Source: Christensenella sp. UBA7571 (GTDB lineage: Bacteria; Bacillota; Clostridia; Christensenellales; CAG-917). Taken from it: a DNA stretch of 64,000 bases. Both the position numbers and the translations under genes were made by a program. The first letter of the stretch is position 1, and each line of letters begins with the position of its first letter. The stretch is from contig DLLD01000016.1 of assembly GCA_002476605.1 (NCBI GenBank), positions 99,225 to 163,224 of the forward strand, given 5' to 3'. This document shows positions 29,237 to 38,491 of this stretch, piece by piece. Below the pieces are notes generated by a model. That model did no database searches. It was not told the origin of the DNA and saw only the letters and a program-made list of their open reading frames with translations.

Positions 29237-29595
29237 AAACGGCGAATAACTGCGTCAGAGCCGTCCGATAATCGGACGGCTCTTTTATATGTTTTGTCGT
29301 AACTCCTTAAATGCAATGCCCCCCTCTTTCCGGACACGCCGGCATTTCTCACCCCACTCGTATAGAGGCATTTCTCTACAAGATTGTTCGTCGCTCGCGG
29401 GGGAGACAACGGCACTCGCATAGATAGGGACATTTCCCTCATTATGCCACTGCGCTTTGTGCGCCAGCTACGCAACAACACGGCGCAGTCGCTTGTACTA
29501 ATCGTCAAGCTCGGCACTTATTCGCTCGTCGCCTTGCGACTCGAAACTCCGAATAGGCACATACCGTGTATAAGTGCGCTCCGAATAAGTATGCG
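29237..29595 (+). repeat. structured intergenic repeat, copy 4 (short form, with leader box and hairpin)
   Basis: Box AAACGGCGAATAACT at 29237. Hairpin GAGCCGTCCGA-TAA-TCGGACGGCTC shows compensatory changes relative to copy 1. Core runs from ~29294 to CCGTGTATAAGTGCGCTCCGAATAAG. Confidence 0.85.
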
Positions 29596-29650
29596 TTTGG
29601 ATAAGGCTACGCCTTCCGCAATTATTAATTAATAATTAATAATTATTAAT
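29596..29650 (+). repeat. AT-rich heptamer microsatellite module (TAATTAA/TAATTAT)
   Basis: TTTGGATAAGGCTACGCCTTCCGCAATTATTAATTAATAATTAATAATTATTAATT. An inverted homolog lies at 4141-4190. Confidence 0.7.
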
Positions 29651-29663
29651 TCTGTCGAACACT

Positions 29664-29696
29664 AAAAAAACACCGCACCGATTCGGTGCGGTGTTT
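29664..29696 (-). terminator. rho-independent terminator of the GH16 gene
   Basis: The minus strand reads AAACACCGCACCG-AAT-CGGTGCGGTGTTTTTTT. Confidence 0.7.
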
Positions 29697-29713
29697 GAGT
29701 GCCAAATTACTTA

Positions 29714-30700
29714 TTAAAACGGCTTTTGGGAGTAGACTGCCACCCAATCGACCAAGAAGTCGGTGGGGAAGTTGCTCTCGGGATTTTCCGTAATAGATTG
29801 CGTAAAGAGCGGGAATTGCTTGGTGAATGCGTCGGGGACGCGCTCGGTGACGTTTCCGCTTGCGTCTTCGATTTGTTTTTCCGCACCGTCAACTTCTACT
29901 GACAAGAACAAGAAGTCCTCAATCGGTGATACGAATCTCATATCCGTAATCGTTGCCACGAGAATTCTGTCGATATAGAACTTGTAGTACGTTTCCGTCC
30001 ATTCAAGCGCGTAGGTGTGCCAATCGTCGTACAAGGAAATTTCCTCTTCGCTTTCGAGCACGGTGGAATAGTTGACCATATTCACAGGGCCGTAACCCGT
30101 TTTGAAGTCGCTGTACATAAGGTAGTTGTCGCCGTAGTCGCCCACGTGGACGTTGTATTGATACATCCCGTTGACTTCTCCGTTGATGTAGAAGGGGGAT
30201 TCCATTATGTCGATTTCCGCACCGGACACTGTTACGTCGGAAGAATACATATTGGGTGCCATAAGCCAAAACGCCGACCAAAGTCCCGACGCTTTGGGGA
30301 GTTTGCAACGCGCTTCGTAATAGCCGTAACTGCTCATAAACTTGCCGTTGCTGTCGATTGCGCCCGTGTAGTAATACCCGTCTTCGCGCTTTTGCGTGCG
30401 GATAACGAGAGCGTTGTCTTGTGTGAATACTTGACGAGTGTCCCAATACGCGCCTCTACGTATATGCGGATTGCCTTGTGCGTCTGCGCCGTACACGTTC
30501 CAAAGCGTCGTGTCAATGGTGCTTGCGTCAAAATCGTCGTATTTTACGAGATATTGATTGTCCTTATCCGTAAACCCGCGCACTTCCGTAGGTTCACCGC
30601 CCGAGGGATTGTCGTCGCAAGCGACGAAGCAAAGTGCAATCGAGCAAACGAGCATAAGAATAGCAACTATATAAATGCCTTTTTTCATACTTTTCCTCAT
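29714..30700 (-). CDS. glycoside hydrolase family 16 beta-glucanase lipoprotein
   Basis: Lipobox LCFVAC. GH16 catalytic motif EIDIMES (ExDxxE). Confidence 0.85.
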   Translation of the reverse strand: MRKSMKKGIYIVAILMLVCSIALCFVACDDNPSGGEPTEVRGFTDKDNQYLVKYDDFDASTIDTTLWNVYGADAQGNPHIRRGAYWDTRQVFTQDNALVIRTQKREDGYYYTGAIDSNGKFMSSYGYYEARCKLPKASGLWSAFWLMAPNMYSSDVTVSGAEIDIMESPFYINGEVNGMYQYNVHVGDYGDNYLMYSDFKTGYGPVNMVNYSTVLESEEEISLYDDWHTYALEWTETYYKFYIDRILVATITDMRFVSPIEDFLFLSVEVDGAEKQIEDASGNVTERVPDAFTKQFPLFTQSITENPESNFPTDFLVDWVAVYSQKPF

Positions 30701-30823
30701 ATTTTTGATAGGTATATAATAAATGAAACAAGCGCAAAAGTCAATACGCCTTATCTGCTTGATAAATATTAAAAGCGCACGAAACTTTTCGTTCGTGCGC
30801 TTCTTATTTTCATTTTAGTGGAG

Positions 30824-31786
30824 TTACGACTCACTCTCCGTTTGAAATATCCTTTGAGCAAAGTCGTACAAAGCGGACTTCCATACGTAGTAGTCGTGTC
30901 CTCCGTCGTAAGTCTTCTTTTCAAAGGTTACGCCGTTCTTGGTGAGCTTGTTTTCAAGCGCACGCGCGATATGTCCCGTCGAGTTGTCTTTTGAACCGAT
31001 TGCAAGCATTAGATACTCGAATTCGTAGCCTTCCGTAGTTTTGAAATCGGGGACGTCCGAGCTGAAACTTATAACGCTGCTTGCAAATCCCGCCGAGGAA
31101 AACGCGCCTACGTAACCGAAGCGGTTGTAGTACTTGAACGCGGTGAGCATAGTTTCGCGCCCGCCCATTGAAAAGCCTGCGATGGCGGTGTTTTCTCTGC
31201 CCGTGAGGGTGGAATAATGCTCGTTGATATACGGCATAAGCGAATATACCAAGTCTTCACCCGTCTTGTCGAATACGGTGGCGTATTCCGTATCGAAAAT
31301 AGAGGGAGCAACCTCATCTACGGTGACTATACTGTTGACGGATACGACTATCATCTCTTTTATGCCCTTGTCGCGGACGAGGTTTTGCACGATGTACTTG
31401 GCGTTGCACTTTTCAAGCCAAGATTTGTGGTCGCAAAGCATACCGTGAAGCAAATAAAGCACGGGATATTGCTTGCTTTCGTCGTAACCGTAGGGAAGAG
31501 TGACCATTGCGTGTTTGTCGGCGTCGGTGACGTTTGAGTGATAGGTTATCTCGATATCCTCACCGTATTCAACGCCTTCGTACGCCAAGAATTGAGGTTC
31601 GTTTTTGGAGGAAAAACCGCCGAACATAGCCTCCCAGTCGATATCGGGGATATCGTCGTCGTCCGAGTCGTCGACGTCGGGCGGGGTAACGTTTCCGTCG
31701 TCCTTTGGAGAGCACGCAAAGAAAGTGCAAAGCGCAAGCGTAAGCACCAAAAGCAAAATCAAAATTTTTTTCATCTTTACTTTCAT
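30824..31786 (-). CDS. alpha/beta-hydrolase esterase lipoprotein (esterase D / CE1-like)
   Basis: Signal peptide with lipobox FFACS, nucleophile elbow GFSMGG, C-terminal GGHDYYVW. Start at the ATG at 31786 after GAGGAG. Confidence 0.75.
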   Translation of the reverse strand: MKVKMKKILILLLVLTLALCTFFACSPKDDGNVTPPDVDDSDDDDIPDIDWEAMFGGFSSKNEPQFLAYEGVEYGEDIEITYHSNVTDADKHAMVTLPYGYDESKQYPVLYLLHGMLCDHKSWLEKCNAKYIVQNLVRDKGIKEMIVVSVNSIVTVDEVAPSIFDTEYATVFDKTGEDLVYSLMPYINEHYSTLTGRENTAIAGFSMGGRETMLTAFKYYNRFGYVGAFSSAGFASSVISFSSDVPDFKTTEGYEFEYLMLAIGSKDNSTGHIARALENKLTKNGVTFEKKTYDGGHDYYVWKSALYDFAQRIFQTESES

Positions 31787-32045
31787 AACGTCTCCTCTAT
31801 AACGATATTCAACTTTATTGTACACAAAAATCTCTCAAAATCAACCTTTGATATCACAAATCTTTCATTTTAAGCAGTATTTAATTTTGTTGAAAAGATA
31901 GTTTAATTTTGGAAATGAAAGTAGCCGTATGCGGACGATTTTTTGTTATCGGCGGTTATTTTCTTTATAGGCGTTGACTTTTGCATTTTCGTGGTATAAT
32001 TATTATGCGAAAAAACGAAATAACCTTATTTACAAGAGGTGCATT

Positions 32046-32702
32046 ATGGATCTTATACAAGCAATGAACGAAAGACACTCGGTAAGAGCGTATCTCGATA
32101 AAAAGATAGAGGGTGAAACCCTAAAAGCGTTGCAAGAGGAAATCGCAAAACTCAATAAAGAGGGCGGTCTCAATATGCAACTCATTATCGACGAAGACAA
32201 GGCTTTTGGCGGTCGTATGGCTCATTACGGAAGTTTTAGAAACGTAAAGAATTATATTGCCGTCGTCGGTGAAAAGAGCGCGGATTTAAGCGAAAAAGCG
32301 GGATATTACGGTGAAAAAATCGTGTTGTTTGCTCAAACGCTCGGGCTCAATACTTGCTGGGTGGCTATGTCGTATAGCAAAAGCAAAGTTGCCTACGATT
32401 TGGCAAAAGGTGAAAAACTTGCGCTCGTCATCGCAATAGGCTACGGACAAACGCAAGGCGTCGCGCACCGCAGTCGCAGTATGGAAGAAGTGTGCAAATC
32501 CGACGTTACGCCTATGCCCGATTGGTTTGTAAACGGCGTAAAATCGGCGTTGCTTGCCCCGACCGCTATCAATCAACAAAAATTTACCTTTGAATTGAAA
32601 GACGGCAAAGTCGTGGCAAAAGCGGGCATCGGTTTTTATACCGATATCGATTTGGGCATTGCAAAATGCCACTTCGAGATAGGCTCGGGAAGAAAAATAT
32701 AA
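32046..32702 (+). CDS. nitroreductase family protein
   Basis: MDLIQAMNERHSVRAYLDK start, typical of NAD(P)H nitroreductases. Start moved to the ATG at 32046. Confidence 0.8.
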   Translation: MDLIQAMNERHSVRAYLDKKIEGETLKALQEEIAKLNKEGGLNMQLIIDEDKAFGGRMAHYGSFRNVKNYIAVVGEKSADLSEKAGYYGEKIVLFAQTLGLNTCWVAMSYSKSKVAYDLAKGEKLALVIAIGYGQTQGVAHRSRSMEEVCKSDVTPMPDWFVNGVKSALLAPTAINQQKFTFELKDGKVVAKAGIGFYTDIDLGIAKCHFEIGSGRKI

Positions 32703-32727
32703 TCAATTTTTCAAAAGGACGTAAAAG

Positions 32728-32755
32728 AAAAACCGCCGGATATACGGCGGTTTTT
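32728..32755. terminator. bidirectional rho-independent terminator
   Basis: AAAAACCGCCG-GATATA-CGGCGGTTTTT between convergent genes. Confidence 0.65.
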
Positions 32756-32786
32756 CGTTGTTCTAACTATGTTTTTTTGCAAGCCG

Positions 32787-33659
32787 TTATGCGTTTGCCT
32801 CTGCAAGCATACGGGAGAGGAACGCTTTTGTGCGCTCTTCCTTGGGGTTAGTGAAGATGTCCTTGGGATCGCCTTCTTCCACGATTACGCCTTGATCCAT
32901 AAACACCACTTTGTTTGCAACGTCGCGCGCAAAAGTCATTTCGTGCGTCACTACGAGCATAGTAAGTCCCGCTTCGGCAAGTTCTTTCATAACGTTTAGC
33001 ACTTCTCCCACCATTTCGGGGTCGAGGGCGGAAGTAGGCTCGTCAAAGAGTATGACTTCGGGAGACATTGCAAGCGCGCGTGCGATTGCCACGCGTTGCT
33101 TTTGACCGCCCGAGAGTTGACGAGGCTTTGCGTTGACGTACGCGCTCATACCTACGAGTTCGAGATATTTCATTGCGATGGCGTTTGCTTCCTCTTTCTT
33201 CATTTTGAGAACTTTGCGAGGACCTATCGTGCAGTTGGAAAGTACTGATAGATTGTTGAAAAGGTTGAAAGATTGGAACACCATTCCCACCTTTTCGCGA
33301 TATTTGGGCGCACTCTTGGTCTTTGTGATATCTTCACCGTGGAAGTATATTTCACCCGACGTAGGCGTCTCAAACAAGTTGATACAACGCAAGAGGGTGG
33401 ATTTACCGCTTCCCGACGAGCCGATAATGCAAGTCACGTCACCCGCGTTTACGGTGAAGTCGATATCTTTTAGCACTTCGTGATCACCGAAAGTCTTGCC
33501 GAGGTGGCGTATCTCGATAAGGGGATCGCTACCGTTGTTTTTCTCCGTTGCGGTGATTGCCGTTTCTTCCGTATTATTGATATTTGCGGTATCTAAACCG
33601 CCGTTTTGCTCTTCCACGAATATTTCTTCTATATTTATATCACGAGTATCTTGGCTCAT
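32787..33659 (-). CDS. amino acid ABC transporter ATP-binding protein
   Basis: Walker [10 protein letters not shown], signature LSGGQKQR, Walker [12 protein letters not shown]. About 45-aa low-complexity N-terminal extension. Confidence 0.9.
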   Translation of the reverse strand: MSQDTRDINIEEIFVEEQNGGLDTANINNTEETAITATEKNNGSDPLIEIRHLGKTFGDHEVLKDIDFTVNAGDVTCIIGSSGSGKSTLLRCINLFETPTSGEIYFHGEDITKTKSAPKYREKVGMVFQSFNLFNNLSVLSNCTIGPRKVLKMKKEEANAIAMKYLELVGMSAYVNAKPRQLSGGQKQRVAIARALAMSPEVILFDEPTSALDPEMVGEVLNVMKELAEAGLTMLVVTHEMTFARDVANKVVFMDQGVIVEEGDPKDIFTNPKEERTKAFLSRMLAEANA

Positions 33660-35293
33660 TGGTTGCCTCCCATAGCGTTGTTTTCACGGATAATAGATTC
33701 CGCGTCGAGGTTTTGCGACCCCATAATCCGATAGTCTTTCTTGCCGTCCATTTTCTTTTCGATGAGGCGCAGTATGCGCGTAATGGTGAAGGTAAGGATA
33801 AAGTATATCACCGCTACGACGAGGTACGTCTCGAATATCGCGTACGTGTTGAACGCAATTGATTTGGCGTAGAAGAAAAGCTCGGTAAAGCCGATGACGT
33901 TGAGCACGGACGTATCTTTGATGTTGATGACGAACTCGTTTGCCACGCTCGGCATAATGTTGCGCAATACTTGGGGTAGGACTATATTCCACATCGTTTG
34001 CGAGTGCGTCATACCTATTGCTTGCGCGCCCTCGAACTGTCCTTTGTCGATGGATATTATACCGCCACGCACGATTTCTGCCATATACGCGCCCGTATTG
34101 ATGGATACGATGATGAGACCCGCAATCGTAACGTCCATAGTCGCGCCGTCGTTGATAAGCGCAAAGCCCCAAAATATGACCATTGCTTGCACCATCATCG
34201 GCGTCCCGCGGAATATTTCGATGTACGCGGAGAGGATAAAGTCGCCTATCTTTTTGAGCACTGCCACGAATTTGTTTTTGGGAGTGCCGAGAGTGCGATA
34301 AATGCCGATTAGAACACCGATAAACAAGCCTACTACCGTGCCGACGATAGCCACCAAAATGGTGTAGCCCACGCCTTTTAGTATGGATAGATAATAGGTT
34401 TTGATAATGTTGCCCACTCTCGTGAAAAAGGTGGAGTGATACGCCGAGTTGTCGGTGGAAAAGCGCACCGCGTCTTCCATCATCGAGAGGCGTTCCTCTT
34501 GCGATATGCTTGCCAAAAGCGAATTGATTTGGTCGGCGTATTCGTAGCCTTTTCTCATACCGATTGCGATTTGCGTGTCCTCGTCGCTTGCGGTGAAGCC
34601 CGTCGTGTTGTTGACGAGATGCACGTAGGTGAGATTACTGTTTGCCGCGCAGTCCGCAATCGCGCCCGGCTCTTCCGCCACGTAGCCGTCAATGGACTTC
34701 GAGTTGAGCGCAACCGTCATTTCGGGGAATGTGGACATCGGAGTGCCCGCGATTATGCCGTGCGCCGCCGCTTGCTCTTGAAGGGCGTCGTTGTGGAAAG
34801 TGCCTATTTGTGCCACGAGGTTTGCGCCCGAAAAATCGTCGAGATTTTGCGCGTCTACGTATTTGCCGTCCTTTCTTACGACTATTACGAGATTGCTTTG
34901 ATAGTAGGGTTGTGAAAAATCGATGGACTCGCGACGTTCCGCCGTCGGACTCATACCCGCGATTACGAGGTCGAGCGTGCCCGCTTGTACGCCGGGGACA
35001 AGAGAGTCCCAATCCGTCTTGACGATTATGAGTTCTTTGCCCAACGCGTCCGCTATGCGTTTTGCAAATAGGATATCGTAGCCGTTGGCGTAACCGTCGG
35101 CGTTGCTGATTTTTACGGCGTCGTTGGCGTCGGTCTGTTGCGTGAAGTTGAAGGGAATATACGCACATTCCAAGCCTACGACGAGTTGATTGTCTTCGTC
35201 TTTTGAATCGTTGCAAGCGGTAAGTGCCACTATGCAACCCGCCAAAACGGACAAAACAAGCACGATCGTAATGATTTTCGTTGCTTTTTTCAT
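33656..35293 (-). CDS. fused amino acid ABC transporter substrate-binding lipoprotein and permease
   Basis: N-terminal lipobox (LTAC) plus a type-3 SBP domain, then a polar-amino-acid permease domain ([14 protein letters not shown]-like loop). Start at ATG 35293, 9 nt after GAGGTG. Confidence 0.85.
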   Translation of the reverse strand: MKKATKIITIVLVLSVLAGCIVALTACNDSKDEDNQLVVGLECAYIPFNFTQQTDANDAVKISNADGYANGYDILFAKRIADALGKELIIVKTDWDSLVPGVQAGTLDLVIAGMSPTAERRESIDFSQPYYQSNLVIVVRKDGKYVDAQNLDDFSGANLVAQIGTFHNDALQEQAAAHGIIAGTPMSTFPEMTVALNSKSIDGYVAEEPGAIADCAANSNLTYVHLVNNTTGFTASDEDTQIAIGMRKGYEYADQINSLLASISQEERLSMMEDAVRFSTDNSAYHSTFFTRVGNIIKTYYLSILKGVGYTILVAIVGTVVGLFIGVLIGIYRTLGTPKNKFVAVLKKIGDFILSAYIEIFRGTPMMVQAMVIFWGFALINDGATMDVTIAGLIIVSINTGAYMAEIVRGGIISIDKGQFEGAQAIGMTHSQTMWNIVLPQVLRNIMPSVANEFVINIKDTSVLNVIGFTELFFYAKSIAFNTYAIFETYLVVAVIYFILTFTITRILRLIEKKMDGKKDYRIMGSQNLDAESIIRENNAMGGNQ

Positions 35294-35349
35294 TGTTTGA
35301 TGCACCTCGAAAAGAATATTTTCAAATCGACGGCTAATGCATTGAAGAT

Positions 35350-35565
35350 AAAAAAATCCGCAATGCCAACAACATTGCGGATAAAAAATAACCTGTCAAT
35401 GTCGATAGCGCTCCACCTTGCGGTGACAGTACAACGCATATTCTGCGTTGTCCCAAGATAAACCGTTCCGGACCGAACGAAGTACCTTTCGGCGAGTTTT
35501 CCTTTGCCACCGCGACGTAGTCCGCGTCGTCGGCTTGTCATAAGACTCGCGCCTCTACCAATTTG
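35350..35565 (-). ncRNA. lysine riboswitch (L-box) with terminator, leader of the ABC transporter operon
   Basis: The minus strand reads GGTAGAGGCGCGAG...CTCGCCGAAAGG...TTGGGAC...ACTGTCACCGCAAGGTGGAGCGCTATC, matching conserved L-box blocks (AGAGGCGC, GCCGAAG, CUGUCA, GGAGCGCUA). It is followed by hairpin ATCCGCAATG-N8-CATTGCGGAT plus a T7 run. Confidence 0.75.
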
Positions 35566-35807
35566 ATGCACAAAGCATACCACGCATTTTTGCATAAGTC
35601 CAGCGTTTTGACCCCGTTTTTTCAAATTTCGCATATCAAATCCGCCTTTTTCGCATATTTATGCAATTTCGACGGAAAAACCGTAAAAGCGTAGTGCGAA
35701 TGAATAATTAAAACGATAACCTTTAATTGATAGGGTGGTGGAATCAAACTTTTACGATGCGCCGTCGAGCATTTTTCAAAAAGCAACGCTCGTTGTTTCA
35801 TTTTCGT

Positions 35808-35835
35808 TTGACATCGACGATTTTTTGTGTATAAT
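35808..35835 (+). promoter_or_regulatory. sigma-A type promoter of rpsU
   Basis: TTGACA (35808-35813), 16-nt spacer, TATAAT (35830-35835). Confidence 0.5.
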
Positions 35836-35871
35836 AGTAAGGTAAAATCCATTTTCGAGGAGGTGAATAAG

Positions 35872-36051
35872 ATGTCTACAGTTAAAGTTGGCGAAAACGA
35901 AAGCTTGGAAAACGCTATCCGTCGTTTTAAGAGAAAATGCGCTCGTGACGGCATCATCGGTGACCTCCGCAAGAAAGAGGCTTACGAGAAACCTAGCGTA
36001 AAACGCAAAAAGAAAGCAGAAGCTGCTCGTAAGAGAATGTACAAATCATAA
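35872..36051 (+). CDS. rpsU: 30S ribosomal protein S21
   Basis: [27 protein letters not shown]... 59 aa. GAGGAGGTG RBS. Confidence 0.93.
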   Translation: MSTVKVGENESLENAIRRFKRKCARDGIIGDLRKKEAYEKPSVKRKKKAEAARKRMYKS

Positions 36052-36092
36052 TCGAATTCAAAATTCAATGCGTGTAACCTCACGCATTGTAC

Positions 36093-36169
36093 GGAGGCAT
36101 GGCTCAGTTGGTTAGAGCACACGGTTCACATCCGTGAGGTCACAGGTTCGAGTCCTGTTGCCTCCACCA
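36093..36169 (+). tRNA. tRNA-Val (anticodon CAC), CCA-encoded
   Basis: Hand-folded cloverleaf. Acceptor GGAGGCA/TGCCTCC, D arm GCTC..GAGC. Anticodon stem CACGG/CCGTG with loop TTCACAT. T arm ACAGG-TTCGAGT-CCTGT, then ACCA. Confidence 0.88.
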
Positions 36170-36175
36170 CACTTT

Positions 36176-36208
36176 ACCAATCCGCACCAGTGGCGGATTG
36201 GTTTTTTT
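36176..36208 (+). terminator. rho-independent terminator after tRNA-Val
   Basis: ACCAATCCGC-ACCAGTG-GCGGATTGGT followed by a T7 run. Confidence 0.7.
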
Positions 36209-36520
36209 ATTTTCTTGTAGTTTTTTGCATAAATATTATTTTTTAATAATAAATATTTTCAAATAAATATGACGTTGTTTTTTATCAAACGTACACATAT
36301 ATTTTTATTATGAAGAAAAAGAAACTCGTGGTTACAAATCAGAATAAAACTCTAACCCAACATTACAAGTATATCAATTATATTTTTTCGGATTTAAACA
36401 CTATAATTGACGAACGAGATAATGATAGATCGTTTAAAAAAACACTAAAAAAAGGAAAAAACATTGAAAAATAATAATTTTTGATTTATAATAAAAAAAA
36501 TACGCAAGAAGGGGAGATTT

Positions 36521-38491
36521 ATGGAAAAAAAAGATTTTCTTCGCTTATCACTAATTCTAAATGATAATCAGTCAACAACATTTAAAAGCAAGCTCAAAAG
36601 ATTGATAACGGAAGTTTTACGCGAGCATTATGGCGACGGCATGACCATTCAGGAGATTGTGATTGAATTAAGGGACAATTTTGCGCTCGAGTTTTCGGCT
36701 AATGAAATTTTAAGTATAATAAAAGGTGACGAAAAAACTTTTGTTATAAAACACAAGAATTCTGATCAAATATTGAATAAATATGATTTATCAATTTCTG
36801 CCTACACTAAGGCTTGCGAACGTAGCAGCGGTGTCTCTTTAACACAAATAATTAATGATTTTCTATCGACTAAAACGCAAGACATATCCGTAGAACAAGC
36901 TGAAGACTTGATTTTAAGGTTTTTATTTATAGAATTTAATGAGGATACTGAAAATCTCTTGAATTATATGAATAAAAGTATAAGTTTTCCAATACCAGAT
37001 GAAAATTTTTCTGATGAAGAAAAAACATTTATTGATTCTTTTCTTTCATGGGATAACAAAAACAAAAATAGGCTTATATTTAATGCGTTGTCATCAAGTA
37101 TTGATTATTGTATGATTACAGCACAACGAGATACTAGACTTATAAAAGATATGTTCTTCAATAAAACATTCTATCTTGACACAAATATTATATTCCGTCT
37201 TGCGGGTATTAATAAACAAGAACGACAAATAAATGCTGAGGCATTTATAAAAAAGTGCAAAGAGGTTAATATCACAATAAAATATACCAACTTAGTAGAA
37301 GAAGAAATCGATAATACCGTTGAGTATTACGTGGACTCTTTGGCTAAAACGCTGGGTTCGCACCAACATATTTCACCTGAAGCATATGCTCTTTTGTCAA
37401 ATAATTCTGTCAATGATGATTTCTATAAAGAATATGTACTATGGGTAAAAGACACCGCCAATACAGCAGGTAACTATTCAGCATTCAAATCATATTTAAA
37501 AAAGAAAATTCATAAAACACTTGCCAAATTCGAATATGAGGCCATTCATACTTACAATTATCGGTATAAGAATTTTGACGAGCTTACATGCGATTTTTAT
37601 GAGTATAAAAGAAAAAACCATAGAAATCCATCTCGTCAAAGCATTCAAACCGATATCAATCATTATTTATTTTTAAAAGAAAAAAATGGGAATAAGGGTC
37701 ATGCGAGTTTTATTGATTTGAATTCATATATGATTACAGAAGATAGATTTTTTGTAAATTGGTCAAAAGAGTACTACCCAAATACTGTACCAATGGTAAT
37801 GCTATCTTCTTTATGGTATTCAATTTTATTGAAATTTTCCAGTAGAACCGAAAATGACTATGTTTCGTTTTCTCAGTTTATAAAATTTAATTTACAAATT
37901 GAATGTAAACCATTTGACAAGAGAAGAAGCGATATACTTTATAAAATATTGTCACTTGATGAAAGCACTGAAATAAAAGACGAAGTAATTTATGATATAA
38001 ATAGTAAACTCAAGACGGACTATCAAGACAAAGATATTGACTATATTATTTCAACATCGCATGCAACTATAACCGATCGAAAGATTTTTGAAGTAAATCG
38101 CCAAAGGGATGAACAAGAAAATAAAAAAGAACAACAACGACATGCAGAAAATGTGGAAAACTATAATCGAGGTGCGCAAGAAACAATTGATTTTATTGTA
38201 GAAAAAGAAAGTTACAAGAAAAAAAGACGAAACATAGCACTTGTAAGCATAACACTATGTTTGCTTGTGGGGTCTTTAATTGCGCTTATTGTTTTGCTTA
38301 CGCTAGAGAAGCCTGGATTGGTTAGGTTTTCAGAATGGGCAAATAAAAACGGAATTATTGTGAGTGCTCTCTTTACTATCTTGTTTACAATATTGCAAGT
38401 TGTGTTTAAAAAAATAGGTGTATATATGTTTAACATAGATAAAATCAAAGAAAGAGTGCAGAAAAAATATCAAAATACGTTACGCAAATAG
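36521..38491 (+). CDS. membrane-anchored PIN-like domain protein (candidate defence/abortive-infection effector)
   Basis: 656 aa, very AT-rich gene, GGGGAG RBS. Has the PIN-type acidic motifs FYLDTNIIFRL and YMITEDRFF, a Glu/Lys-rich coiled-coil region, and two C-terminal TM helices (IALVSITLCLLVGSLIALIVLLTL, IIVSALFTILFTILQVVF). Confidence 0.5.
   Translation: MEKKDFLRLSLILNDNQSTTFKSKLKRLITEVLREHYGDGMTIQEIVIELRDNFALEFSANEILSIIKGDEKTFVIKHKNSDQILNKYDLSISAYTKACERSSGVSLTQIINDFLSTKTQDISVEQAEDLILRFLFIEFNEDTENLLNYMNKSISFPIPDENFSDEEKTFIDSFLSWDNKNKNRLIFNALSSSIDYCMITAQRDTRLIKDMFFNKTFYLDTNIIFRLAGINKQERQINAEAFIKKCKEVNITIKYTNLVEEEIDNTVEYYVDSLAKTLGSHQHISPEAYALLSNNSVNDDFYKEYVLWVKDTANTAGNYSAFKSYLKKKIHKTLAKFEYEAIHTYNYRYKNFDELTCDFYEYKRKNHRNPSRQSIQTDINHYLFLKEKNGNKGHASFIDLNSYMITEDRFFVNWSKEYYPNTVPMVMLSSLWYSILLKFSSRTENDYVSFSQFIKFNLQIECKPFDKRRSDILYKILSLDESTEIKDEVIYDINSKLKTDYQDKDIDYIISTSHATITDRKIFEVNRQRDEQENKKEQQRHAENVENYNRGAQETIDFIVEKESYKKKRRNIALVSITLCLLVGSLIALIVLLTLEKPGLVRFSEWANKNGIIVSALFTILFTILQVVFKKIGVYMFNIDKIKERVQKKYQNTLRK

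Noticed and set aside
35306-35620. Leader of the ABC transporter considered as a T-box or other attenuator
   Set aside because: No specifier-loop or T-box (AGGGTGGNACCGCG-like) sequence is present. The conserved blocks match the lysine L-box instead.
36310-36474. 54-codon ORF (MKKKKLVVTNQNKTL...) between the tRNA and the PIN-like gene
   Set aside because: It has no Shine-Dalgarno, an extremely AT-rich low-complexity Lys/Asn-rich product, and nothing recognisable. It could still be a small island gene but cannot be supported.
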